Source of the DNA: Thermodesulfobacteriota bacterium
GTDB lineage: Bacteria; Desulfobacterota; WTBG01; JAGOGO01
Assembly (NCBI GenBank): GCA_026625185.1
Contig: CP113000.1
Coordinates: forward strand, 2,475,622 to 2,507,621
DNA length: 32,000 nt
Direction of reading: 5' to 3'
Position numbers and translations under genes: made by a program
Shown: positions 8,345 through 16,652 of the stretch, piece after piece
How positions within the stretch are numbered: position 1 is the first letter of the stretch
Layout: every line of letters starts with the position of its first letter
The notes under the pieces: generated by a model
The model's database searches: none
Seen by the model: only the letters and a program-made list of their open reading frames with translations
Told to the model about the DNA's origin: nothing

Positions 8345-9208
8345 TTATACTCCTAAAGATTTTTGTAAGGTTAATCCAAATAAATTTTCATCTTTACGAT
8401 GATTCCAACGATAAGAAAATTCGTCAATATAGCGAGCCAAATGCCTTAAGCTCACTTTATGATATTGACCGACAATACCTCTTTTAAGTAAAGCCCAAAA
8501 CGATTCGATAGTATTTGTATGAGCATCACCGCTAACATACCAAACAGTATGATCTACCACCTGATGAAGCATAAACTTTTTAATTCCAAGATAGCCTTTA
8601 AATTCATCCGTAAATAATGTTGCATTTTTTGTATCAATATTTCTGCGAACAAGAGAAGATAAGCTTTTACTGTCAAGTTTTCTATTTTTAACAACCTCGG
8701 CCTTAATAGAGCCTTCACGTTCCACCATACCAACAACCGGAATTTTTTGAGTTCCACGCCCCCTTTTATGCGGACCAGAACCTTTACGTGGCTTTCCACC
8801 TATATAAGTTTCGTCCATTTCAACAAGTCCGGTTAATAGTTCTTTTTGTTCTCTTTCGCTCATTGCTTGTCTAATTTTCATACCCATGCGCCAAGCGGTA
8901 TCTTTATTGACTTTAAGATCACGTGATAATTGTCTTGCGGAAACTCCCTTTTTAGCATTAAGCACCAGGCAGATCGCCAAAAACCATTTTTGTAATGGCA
9001 AATGAGTTTGATGAAAAATAGTTCCAACGGTTACCCTGAAACTGGTATTGCAACTATTGCATTGGTAGCGTTTTTCTTTGGGGCGGGGAGTAATGCTTTG
9101 CGATTGACAATAAGGGCAGGTAGGTTTATTTTCCCATCTGATTTTTTCTAAATGGTCAATGCAATGATTGTGGGTAGGGAAAAGCTTATAAATTTCAACT
9201 ATATTCAT
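8345..9208 (-). CDS. IS1595-family transposase (N-terminal zinc ribbon + ISXO2-like DDE domain)
   Basis: 287 aa. Zinc ribbon 'CPYC..(x)..CNSC'. HTH-like region 'VSARQLSRDLKVNKDTAWRMGMKI'. Catalytic-type motifs 'VEMDETYIGG', 'LFTDEFKGY' and 'HTNTIESFWALLKRGIVGQYH'. ATG with an aaggag SD. Confidence 0.85.
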   Translation of the reverse strand: MNIVEIYKLFPTHNHCIDHLEKIRWENKPTCPYCQSQSITPRPKEKRYQCNSCNTSFRVTVGTIFHQTHLPLQKWFLAICLVLNAKKGVSARQLSRDLKVNKDTAWRMGMKIRQAMSEREQKELLTGLVEMDETYIGGKPRKGSGPHKRGRGTQKIPVVGMVEREGSIKAEVVKNRKLDSKSLSSLVRRNIDTKNATLFTDEFKGYLGIKKFMLHQVVDHTVWYVSGDAHTNTIESFWALLKRGIVGQYHKVSLRHLARYIDEFSYRWNHRKDENLFGLTLQKSLGV

Positions 9209-9281
9209 GAGAAAGTCTCCTTTCTTCTGTCTTATTTAGGGACATTTTCTCATATTTGGAGAGGATGTCAAGAAAAATCTT

Positions 9282-9304
9282 CTGTCTTAAACTGGGACAT
9301 TCCG
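9282..9304. repeat. IS terminal inverted repeat (transposase-proximal end)
   Basis: ctgtcttaaactgggacattccg. A degenerate direct copy (20/27 over an extended alignment) lies at 9223-9249, between this IR and the transposase start. Confidence 0.85.
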
Positions 9305-9336
9305 AAATTAATTATAGATAAAAACATTGAAGATTT

Positions 9337-10110
9337 CTATTGAAATTTTTGAGAGCCCTTGAGTAAGTTTTTGAACTTACCCAGTAAAACCATAAAAGCA
9401 AAGAGGGGTAATACTTTTTGTCGTTTTATCCTGGTTGGCTCGGCAAGCAATCTGTATAACCATTCCGCCCCGCATTTCCGCCATATCACAGGCGCGCGCT
9501 TAACATTGCCGGCAATAGTGTCCAGGGTGCCACCGATGCCCTGGCAGATTTTAACATTTTTTAATAAATGATTATAGGCGGTAAACCATTTTTCCTGCAG
9601 GGGGGAGCCAAGTGCAAGGAAAAGAACCTCGGCTTTAGAATCATTAATCCGTTTTATTAAATCAGGCATTTCCTTTTCGCTGACATAGCCATGAGATCGC
9701 CCGGCAATTTCCAGACCTGAATAGCGCCCTTCCAGAATTTGCACGGCAGCGCGGTTGACTTCATCCCTGCCGCCATAAACAAATGCCCTGTACCCTTCTT
9801 TTGCAGCCAATGCGCAGAGGTCTTCCATAAATTCCACACCAGGAATACGTTCTATTTTAATGCCATATAAAATTCTTGCGGCCAGCACTATCCCGATGCC
9901 GTCCGGAATCAATAAATCAGCATTTTTGAGCGTCTCAGATAACACTGAGTCTTTTGACGCCAGGAAGTTTTTTTCCGGATTAACAGCGAATATCGAATGC
10001 GGCCTGCTACCCGATTTGAGAAAGTCCATCACCTTTCCAAGGCATTCTTCCTTTTTATATGCATCAACCCAAAGGTTAAGAATTTGCAGTCTGCCTTTCA
10101 AATTGATCAA
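9337..10110 (-). CDS. WecB/TagA/CpsF-family (GT26) glycosyltransferase
   Basis: 257 aa. Family-typical blocks 'IFAVNPEK', 'LLIPDGIGIVLAAR', 'VYGGRDEV', 'LFLALGSPLQEKW', 'CQGIGGTLD', 'RAP..W...GAEWLYRLL.EP'. The longest-ORF start is TTG at 10110 and overlaps the upstream gene by 35 nt, so the start is uncertain. Confidence 0.8.
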   Translation of the reverse strand: MINLKGRLQILNLWVDAYKKEECLGKVMDFLKSGSRPHSIFAVNPEKNFLASKDSVLSETLKNADLLIPDGIGIVLAARILYGIKIERIPGVEFMEDLCALAAKEGYRAFVYGGRDEVNRAAVQILEGRYSGLEIAGRSHGYVSEKEMPDLIKRINDSKAEVLFLALGSPLQEKWFTAYNHLLKNVKICQGIGGTLDTIAGNVKRAPVIWRKCGAEWLYRLLAEPTRIKRQKVLPLFAFMVLLGKFKNLLKGSQKFQ

Positions 10111-11944
10111 GCCTTTCCAGTAAAAATTTTGGCTCCACCGGAGAATCTGTACAGATTGCGGTTAGGAAAACAGCTTTCTGGACCGCCGAGTGAACGCTGC
10201 AATGTAACACCCCGCTTTTTATTTTCATTCCATAAGCAGGAGAATACCAGCCCAGTATGGGATTTTCCTGCCCGTTTACACAAAAAAAATCCAGTCCCTT
10301 TAAAAGCCTCAGATAAACCTTTACGCCCTGGTTATCAATAACCCACCATCCATTGATCTTTTTTACCGTTGTGTCAGGGTGAAGATGGTAATTCAATTCA
10401 ATGGCATGAACTCCCCTCCCGGAAAAAGTATCCCTGATAAGAAAAGTAGTCTCGCGGAAAAAAAATATTGACCGTTCATGCCGCACCGGGTCTTTAAGTC
10501 TTGAATAGCCATCGTGCTTTGCTTTAACCAAAAAACCATCAGGTCTTTCAATACAATCTATTAATTTTGTTTTGAAGGGATGGCTCCAGATAAAACTGGT
10601 CTCTTGGACTGCCTGGTCTAACCCATCAATGGTAACGGTGTTGTGCGCCCGGGTTCCTTTAAAATATTTTCTCCACTCCGGCTCCCCATTATACCGGTAA
10701 GTTCCCGGGTCAACCAGCATTTCTTTGCCGTTTTTAGATAAAATTACTGCGAGAGCATCGGCATGGCCATGATTGTAGAGAGGGGGCATGCCCAAAGGCC
10801 CATGGTCAAAGGTTAAGAAAGAATCATGGGCTAATCGGATGACTGTGTAACCCGTGTCAAGGAAAGTAATATATTCGCTTGTTGCGTTGGTCGGGTTTGT
10901 TGAGTTTGTTGGGTTTGGGCGTTCCGGGTGGATTCCGGGAGCAATCGCGTATCCATCATCACTGTCGCCGAGAGATGGCATGTTACCGTTTTTGTCCTGA
11001 AAAGCGCTTAAAAAATTTTCTCCCTTCCCAAGCCTCGGCTTTATCTCCCGGCAATCATAAAGCTTATTACGCTCCAGAAAATCTATGGCCAGCCAGTAAA
11101 GGTCTAAAACAAAACGGTGATAATTCAAAGATTGTTCAGCCGGGCCTCCGTCATTCAGAATTTGGTGGTAAGCTTCTTTTTTGAGAAGGGCCCACGCTTT
11201 GCTTAACCATCGCCTTCCCGCCTTGGAATTACGGAAGATCGCGCCGGCAAAAACAAGCCCCACACACTCCGCAATGGTATGGTTCCCCAGTGAGGAATAA
11301 AGGGATAAGTTCTTTGATATCCACCATCCATGAAGATAGATTGTCTCAAGAATCAAACGGTGTTCTTGGTCAGATGGATTATCAAGCAACTTCAAGCAAT
11401 AAAAAAAAACCGGGATCCTTAAACCGCACTCCATAGCTGATATATAGTGAGGTCCATAAAGAAAAAGGTTTTCTTTTATCCATTTTAGAAGGGCTTCTTT
11501 TGCTGATTGCGGCAAAGCTCCCGAACTGGAAGAAGTTGAATGCCGGGCACTCGCAACCAGCAGGGTAATGTGCTGCAACCTCGCTGGTTCCCAGACGGTC
11601 CTAATATCCAATGGCGCTTTCGCTGGGTTGATATCCGCAAAAAAGAGATTTCTGTATTGTTCTTCGAAATGTTTTATTTCTTCGTTTTTTTCGTGAAAAT
11701 GATTTCTCTTTTCCGGGAAAAGATTTTCAAGAATTTCACTGGATACCTGGTAGCGGAAGAAGGGCAATTTAAGACTTTCCACATCCACATGGTCTATGAG
11801 CGGGACGCGTATTGGGCTCCCCCCTTTTTTAAAGAAAACTTTCAGACACCGGGAAAACAATGCCTGTTTTGTCCGATAGGCTAACTCAGGAAAGGAAGTA
11901 TTTTTTAGGCGTAAAATATAAAAATTTTTTCCTCGGCCGCCCAT
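10076..11944 (-). CDS. Heparinase II/III-like protein (alginate-lyase-like N-domain + Hepar_II_III C-domain)
   Basis: 622 aa. C-terminal half has typical blocks 'FDHGPLGMPPLYNHGHADALAVIL', 'GTYRYNGEPEWRKYFKGTRAHNTV.IDG.DQ' and 'H.R.IFF'. The N-terminal half is helical and W/H-rich (toroid-like). ATG start. Confidence 0.75.
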   Translation of the reverse strand: MGGRGKNFYILRLKNTSFPELAYRTKQALFSRCLKVFFKKGGSPIRVPLIDHVDVESLKLPFFRYQVSSEILENLFPEKRNHFHEKNEEIKHFEEQYRNLFFADINPAKAPLDIRTVWEPARLQHITLLVASARHSTSSSSGALPQSAKEALLKWIKENLFLYGPHYISAMECGLRIPVFFYCLKLLDNPSDQEHRLILETIYLHGWWISKNLSLYSSLGNHTIAECVGLVFAGAIFRNSKAGRRWLSKAWALLKKEAYHQILNDGGPAEQSLNYHRFVLDLYWLAIDFLERNKLYDCREIKPRLGKGENFLSAFQDKNGNMPSLGDSDDGYAIAPGIHPERPNPTNSTNPTNATSEYITFLDTGYTVIRLAHDSFLTFDHGPLGMPPLYNHGHADALAVILSKNGKEMLVDPGTYRYNGEPEWRKYFKGTRAHNTVTIDGLDQAVQETSFIWSHPFKTKLIDCIERPDGFLVKAKHDGYSRLKDPVRHERSIFFFRETTFLIRDTFSGRGVHAIELNYHLHPDTTVKKINGWWVIDNQGVKVYLRLLKGLDFFCVNGQENPILGWYSPAYGMKIKSGVLHCSVHSAVQKAVFLTAICTDSPVEPKFLLERLDQFERQTANS

Positions 11945-11996
11945 ATTTGAGCAATTCCTTAACAGCCTAAAATGAGGAGATCGCAGGAGGAGCTGA

Positions 11997-14165
11997 TTAC
12001 ATTAAAACACGTTGACCGGAGCGAATTGATTCCATAATCTTAAAGGTAACCAGGGAAGCGCTGTAAATTTCCGCAAAAGGAATCGTTTCCCCGGACCCCT
12101 TTACAATACTTTCAATAAAAAGTCTGACTTCAGTTTCTTGGCCTTTATTCTGGCTCAATAATTTTTTCCCCTTTTTTTTACCTTGGGCATGCATTAATAG
12201 CCTTTTAAAATCATGTATTATTGCTGTACTCCCATGGGCGTAAATTTCAACCCATTCCTTAGGGAGGCTTTTGTCGCCATTGGCAAAGTATGAAATAGTG
12301 CCTATGGAACCATTTGCATAGGTTAACGAGATATTTAAAGTATCATTTAAATTATCGGAAGAGTTCATAACCGTGGCATAAACGGAAACCGGCAAAGAGC
12401 CAGTGACAAAGGTAAGGAAATCCACAAAGTGGCAGACTTCTCCAATGATCCTCCCTCCCCCTGCCTCCCTATCCTGAATCCATGAATCAGGAGGTATAGC
12501 GCCGGCATTTATCCGGTAAATCATACTCATGGTTCCGTTGCCAAATTCATCCTTAATCATCTTGGCAAATGGAGAAAACCGGCGGTTATATCCCACCATG
12601 AGCAAAGGCAGTGAAGCGTGAGAAGTAACAAGTGAACTGTAAACTGATTCTATCTCCTGAAGTTCTTCCGGCATAAGGCAGAGAGGTTTTTCTACAAACA
12701 CATGTTTGCCCGCCTTGAGGGCTTTTAAAACATATTCAGCGTGGGAATCGTGGCGGGTGGCAATAAACACCGTATTGATATTTTGATTTTCCAGGATATC
12801 CTTTTCATCCGCGGTGCAGAATTCAAACCCGAAACGGTCAGCTACTGAACGGGAGCTGGCGCTGGTTGAAGTCATGACCCCCCCAAGTCTAACGTCTTTT
12901 GTCTTCGGGATGTTGGGAAGCAGGTGACTCTGTGCATACGAACCTGCCCCGATAAAGCCGATTGAAACGTGAGGTGTGAGACGTGAGGTGTGAGGTGGGT
13001 TAACAACAACCTTTGATCTGTCTAATTGCTTTGAAACGTTGTATTCTATAAGTATGCCGATGAAAGGTTCGGTTTTTTTCAACAATAAATCATAGGCAGC
13101 AGGCGCTTCATCCAGTTTGAAAGTGTGGGTGGTAAGATAGCTGACATCAATCTTTTTACGGTATATCAGTTCCTCAAAGGCCTGCATGTTTCGCTTTTCG
13201 GTCCAACGCACGTATCCGGGGGGATAGTCAATCCCTTTTTCTTCATAGCTCGGATCGTACCGGCCCGGCCCGTAAGAGCAGGACATCTTAACCTGCAGTT
13301 CTTTTTTATAATAGTAAGGCTCCCGGTCAAAGCCGGTGGGCACTGCCCCGACAACCACGATTGTTCCTCGCTTTCTCGCAATGGCGCCAGCAAAATTAAT
13401 GGGGTCGGAAGATTCCGATGCCGCGGTAATAATGACTCCATCGCATCCAAGTCCGTCGGTAAAATCGAGGATTTGATTTTCAATACCCGCAGCGCCCCGG
13501 TTTAATGCCAGGTCAACGCAGTGTTCTCCGGCAATCTCAACCATGGACTGATCAATATCAATGCCCAGGCTTCGGATTCCGGATGCCTTCAATAACAGGG
13601 CGGTTAGCTGACCTAACAAGCCAAGACCGATAATGGCGCAGGTCTCTCCCAGTCTGAGATCCGCCTGGCGAACTCCCTGCATGGCAATCGAACCCACCGT
13701 ATTGTAAGCTGCTTGTTTCAGATCAGCTTCAGGCTGCAACTTTACACAAAGGTTAACCGGCACACATACTATTTCCGCGTGACAAGCAGTAAGTCCGCCG
13801 CAGGCAACCAGTTCACCGATGTGAAACCCATTAACATCTGGGGCTAAATCTATTACCTCGCCGGCGCAGGAATATCCTAACGGAGAGTAAGCCTCCAGCT
13901 TTTTCATCACCGCCCGGTAGGTTTGCACAACACCCTGGGCCTTTAAAGTATCAATAACCTGTTTTACCTGTTGGGGCCTCTCCTGAGCTTTTCCGATGAG
14001 CCCTTTTCTCGCGGTTTTAACCGTGCTTCCTTCGGTTCCGGAGCTGATAAGTGAATAATAATTTTTTACTAAAACCGCCCCCGGTAGGAGAACAGGTATT
14101 GGTAGATCGACAACCGATAACGATCCATTTCGTAATTTGTTAGTTAGTTCCTTCATATAAGGCAT
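11997..14165 (-). CDS. Bi-domain oxidoreductase: N-terminal MDR/alcohol-dehydrogenase-like domain fused to a C-terminal Gfo/Idh/MocA NAD(P)-binding oxidoreductase
   Basis: 722 aa. N-domain has the Rossmann motif 'AIIGLGLLGQL' within an MDR-like fold. C-domain has 'IGFIGAGSYA', 'VFIATRHDSH' and the 'EKPLCL' motif (EKP) typical of Gfo/Idh/MocA. The junction linker is 'NPPHTSRLTPHVS'. Confidence 0.8.
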   Translation of the reverse strand: MPYMKELTNKLRNGSLSVVDLPIPVLLPGAVLVKNYYSLISSGTEGSTVKTARKGLIGKAQERPQQVKQVIDTLKAQGVVQTYRAVMKKLEAYSPLGYSCAGEVIDLAPDVNGFHIGELVACGGLTACHAEIVCVPVNLCVKLQPEADLKQAAYNTVGSIAMQGVRQADLRLGETCAIIGLGLLGQLTALLLKASGIRSLGIDIDQSMVEIAGEHCVDLALNRGAAGIENQILDFTDGLGCDGVIITAASESSDPINFAGAIARKRGTIVVVGAVPTGFDREPYYYKKELQVKMSCSYGPGRYDPSYEEKGIDYPPGYVRWTEKRNMQAFEELIYRKKIDVSYLTTHTFKLDEAPAAYDLLLKKTEPFIGILIEYNVSKQLDRSKVVVNPPHTSRLTPHVSIGFIGAGSYAQSHLLPNIPKTKDVRLGGVMTSTSASSRSVADRFGFEFCTADEKDILENQNINTVFIATRHDSHAEYVLKALKAGKHVFVEKPLCLMPEELQEIESVYSSLVTSHASLPLLMVGYNRRFSPFAKMIKDEFGNGTMSMIYRINAGAIPPDSWIQDREAGGGRIIGEVCHFVDFLTFVTGSLPVSVYATVMNSSDNLNDTLNISLTYANGSIGTISYFANGDKSLPKEWVEIYAHGSTAIIHDFKRLLMHAQGKKKGKKLLSQNKGQETEVRLFIESIVKGSGETIPFAEIYSASLVTFKIMESIRSGQRVLM

Positions 14166-14252
14166 TGGGAAAAGATTTCTTATTTTCTTTGTTCAAATGC
14201 TACCTTACTACAATGATTGGCAGAAAAGAACCCAACCCCCACCGGGTTAAGA

Positions 14253-15578
14253 TCAATGGTGAAGGTATTTTCCAATATCTAACTCCTGAATAACAAATTT
14301 TGCTTTTCCAATAGGAGTTTTCGGAATTTGGTCAGTAAAAATAAAATGAATGCGCATTCGTTCTCCAAGCAAAGAGTTTAGGGAATCTTTTGTTTGCAGG
14401 AAGGATTCATCGCAATAATGAGGGCCCCTTACGAGAACAACTTCCATCACTCCTGGGGTATTTTGCCGGATTTGCACGGATTCCAACCCCGTGAAATTAT
14501 CAAAATAGGTTTCATAGACCAGACAATTGGCGCTGATGAGTGATCCATTAGCATCAACAACAAATTCCTGTTCTCTTCCAATTACATCCTCGATAAAAAG
14601 ATAATTGCGGCCACATTTACATTGGGTAGTATTTGCCGGGACTGCATAATCACCGGTTCGATAACGAATAATGGGCATAACCGGATTATTGAAGCCAGTT
14701 GCGACAATCTCAAAGATTTCCTTGCCGGCATCATTTTTTATCCCGGTTGGAAAAAGCTCCAAGTATCCGTATTGAGGATAAAAATGGTAAAAATGGGAAT
14801 ACTCGCATTCGCCACCGAGGGCTAAATATTCGCTTTGCCCATACCAGCTAAACACCTTACAATCGAACATTGCTTCAATTTTATTCCGGTGATAATCAAA
14901 AAGTTTCTCGGAACCGCATAAAACTGCCCTGGGCTTGAATTCCAACCGCACCTTGCTTGATTCAATAAGATTGACTAACTGATATATAGTAGACGGATAT
15001 CCATGTAAAAATAAAGGACGAAGGTTATTCAAGTAGTTGACATAATTCGATAACGAAGACCGATTGAGATCAATTGATGAAGCATAGTAAATATTGAAAA
15101 ATCGATCATGGCTAATAAAGAATCCTTTTTTGGGCATCCTAGCGCGTAAGGTAAAGATTGAATCTCCAAAAGTATAACCAACCCTCCCCCATAGGTCAAA
15201 AATAAACGCTTTTTCCATCTGTCTTGTGGCAAACCTGTCCATATAAAATAATAGCGGTTGATTAGTGGATCCACCGGTTATTGCTTTTAAGCGACGAATC
15301 TTAGAACCGAAAAAAAATTTAGGTAAATTTTGCCTAATAACTTCCTTATCTATTATCGGGAATTTTTTTATCAGTTCGTAAGGGTCTACTTCCGACCTGA
15401 TATAATTATAACCAATTCGATCCCGGTAAAATGGTACGTTGGCCGCAGCAAACTTCAATACTTTCCGCAAAAATTTTTCTTGCAGGTTCTTTAGCTTTTC
15501 TGAAGTCCAAAATTCAGTTTTCCTGAGCAAACGTCTTGTCCGAAGGTATGGGTATGAAAGCGCAATTTCTCGTAACAC
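14253..15578 (-). CDS. CapK/PaaK-like adenylate-forming enzyme (phenylacetate-CoA ligase / coenzyme F390 synthetase family)
   Basis: 441 aa. P-loop-like 'TGGSTNQPLLF', 'YGQSE', 'RYRTGDYA' and the C-terminal 'GKAKFV' lysine motif are typical of the ANL superfamily, CapK subgroup. GTG start at 15578. Confidence 0.75.
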   Translation of the reverse strand: MLREIALSYPYLRTRRLLRKTEFWTSEKLKNLQEKFLRKVLKFAAANVPFYRDRIGYNYIRSEVDPYELIKKFPIIDKEVIRQNLPKFFFGSKIRRLKAITGGSTNQPLLFYMDRFATRQMEKAFIFDLWGRVGYTFGDSIFTLRARMPKKGFFISHDRFFNIYYASSIDLNRSSLSNYVNYLNNLRPLFLHGYPSTIYQLVNLIESSKVRLEFKPRAVLCGSEKLFDYHRNKIEAMFDCKVFSWYGQSEYLALGGECEYSHFYHFYPQYGYLELFPTGIKNDAGKEIFEIVATGFNNPVMPIIRYRTGDYAVPANTTQCKCGRNYLFIEDVIGREQEFVVDANGSLISANCLVYETYFDNFTGLESVQIRQNTPGVMEVVLVRGPHYCDESFLQTKDSLNSLLGERMRIHFIFTDQIPKTPIGKAKFVIQELDIGKYLHH

Positions 15579-15699
15579 AACTAATGGAGCACCTTTTTTT
15601 TTGAATGTAACATTAAAATGAACTTTTGATAAAAAAAACTAATCCCCCAAATTATTCTTTAGTTTAATTTTTGGAGGGTATAATTCTCCTCGAACTTTT

Positions 15700-15966
15700 T
15701 TATGCTCCTTCAAACGGTTTAGTCTGGGGAAAATACCACATCGGAAAGGGCAGCCTAAAATACCCAGTCCATTCTTTTTGCTGACCAGCCAAGTGCTTTT
15801 TCCTGCCTGCCTTTTCATTTCTCAACCGCGGCCACACCAAGCCCTGCATCGTGGGAACGCAAAAGGAATAAAACCAGTTTATGGTTTGAGAAACAGTGTG
15901 ATCTTTGAAGGTTGCCAGAGCGGTTGCATATCCGAAGTTCACTCCCCCTAAAAAGAGGATAGTCAT
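15700..15966 (-). CDS. Hypothetical 88-aa ORF, possibly a decayed remnant rather than a functional gene
   Basis: The ATG overlaps the GNAT stop (ATGA at 15963-15966). I recognise no family. The DNA just 3' of it and through its stop (about 15601-15710) is homologous (~75-80% by eye) to the 3' end and downstream flank of the GT gene at 17736-18860. Past the stop the sequence still reads KKFEENYTLQKLN, compared with KKKFEQHYTLNQFN in that GT. Confidence 0.3.
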   Translation of the reverse strand: MTILFLGGVNFGYATALATFKDHTVSQTINWFYSFCVPTMQGLVWPRLRNEKAGRKKHLAGQQKEWTGYFRLPFPMWYFPQTKPFEGA

Positions 15967-16652
15967 TTATAACCACCCTTTCCTAAATCCAAAAACGCCA
16001 AAAATCCATTCTGATTTTGGATGACTGTCCACCCAGCCTTCTTGAACATGTTTATTGAGGCGAGATTATCTTTGTTGATATAGGCATCGATATGCGCACA
16101 ACCTTGTTGGTTGAAATGTCTGATGAGATTAGCAAGCAAACCACGCCCCACCCCCCTCGAACGCACCTGGGGGTCAATTCCGATGTATATGACCTTGGCT
16201 ATTCTTTTTACCCTATTGTCACAAGCATAAGTCTGCTTCCCATTCCATAAGGCTGGCAGTGTATCCAAATCCGTTCGATTTAAATCGTTAGCCGGGACAG
16301 CATGCGTCTTAAGTTTCTCTTTCAGCCTTTTAGCCAGTACTACTAACCCTATAAAAGGGTGCCGTAAAATAAACATGCGTTTGAAATAATTCCAATCCCT
16401 GGTAGCGATGACGTACCCAACCGGGCTGTTATCTAACGATGCAAAAAAGATTACTACATTCCTGGAACGTAAGGCATCATACATAATCGCATTGTAGACA
16501 AGTTTGTTTGACATGCGTCCAATGATTGGGGGCACACGCCCGAACAATTTAAGTAATCCCGGTTTATCCTCGATCGTAAACTTTTTATAAAAAGCCTGCA
16601 TTATGTCATACCACTGGTGCCGAAGATTTTGAAAATCAACCTTTTCCGTCAA
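15963..16652 (-). CDS. GNAT-family N-acetyltransferase
   Basis: 229 aa. Acetyl-CoA motif A 'IGIDPQVRSRGVGRGLLANLIRHF', followed by 'N..A...F.KAGW'. The longest-ORF start is TTG with no clear SD, so the true start may be the internal ATG (M18). Confidence 0.75.
   Translation of the reverse strand: MTEKVDFQNLRHQWYDIMQAFYKKFTIEDKPGLLKLFGRVPPIIGRMSNKLVYNAIMYDALRSRNVVIFFASLDNSPVGYVIATRDWNYFKRMFILRHPFIGLVVLAKRLKEKLKTHAVPANDLNRTDLDTLPALWNGKQTYACDNRVKRIAKVIYIGIDPQVRSRGVGRGLLANLIRHFNQQGCAHIDAYINKDNLASINMFKKAGWTVIQNQNGFLAFLDLGKGGYK

Larger units (their letters stand above)
7001..9304 (-). mobile_element. IS1595-family insertion sequence carrying a passenger gene (transposase + P63C-domain ORF), 2304 bp
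   Basis: 23-bp terminal inverted repeats match 22/23 (7001-7023 vs 9282-9304). They enclose an IS1595-type transposase ORF and a tightly coupled second ORF. The interior is visibly more AT-rich than both flanks. No clean 8-bp target duplication is seen. Confidence 0.8.

Noticed and set aside
8554-8799. 81-aa minus-strand ORF inside the transposase gene, and similar nested minus ORFs (149-337, 806-997, 4771-4968, 9657-9839, 13166-13483, 15029-15274, 19720-19911, 22965-23153, 27040-27312, 31083-31295)
   Set aside because: All are out-of-frame overlaps of longer minus-strand genes with clear family signatures, and none has independent support.
15761-15768. Extending the GT-remnant homology through the whole 88-aa ORF (shared 'tacccagt' / TGY(F/L) motif with the GT at 17921-17928)
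   Set aside because: It is only an 8-nt match, and its spacing relative to the well-aligned 3' block differs by ~37 nt between the copies. That is too weak to claim, so only 15601-15710 is asserted as homologous.
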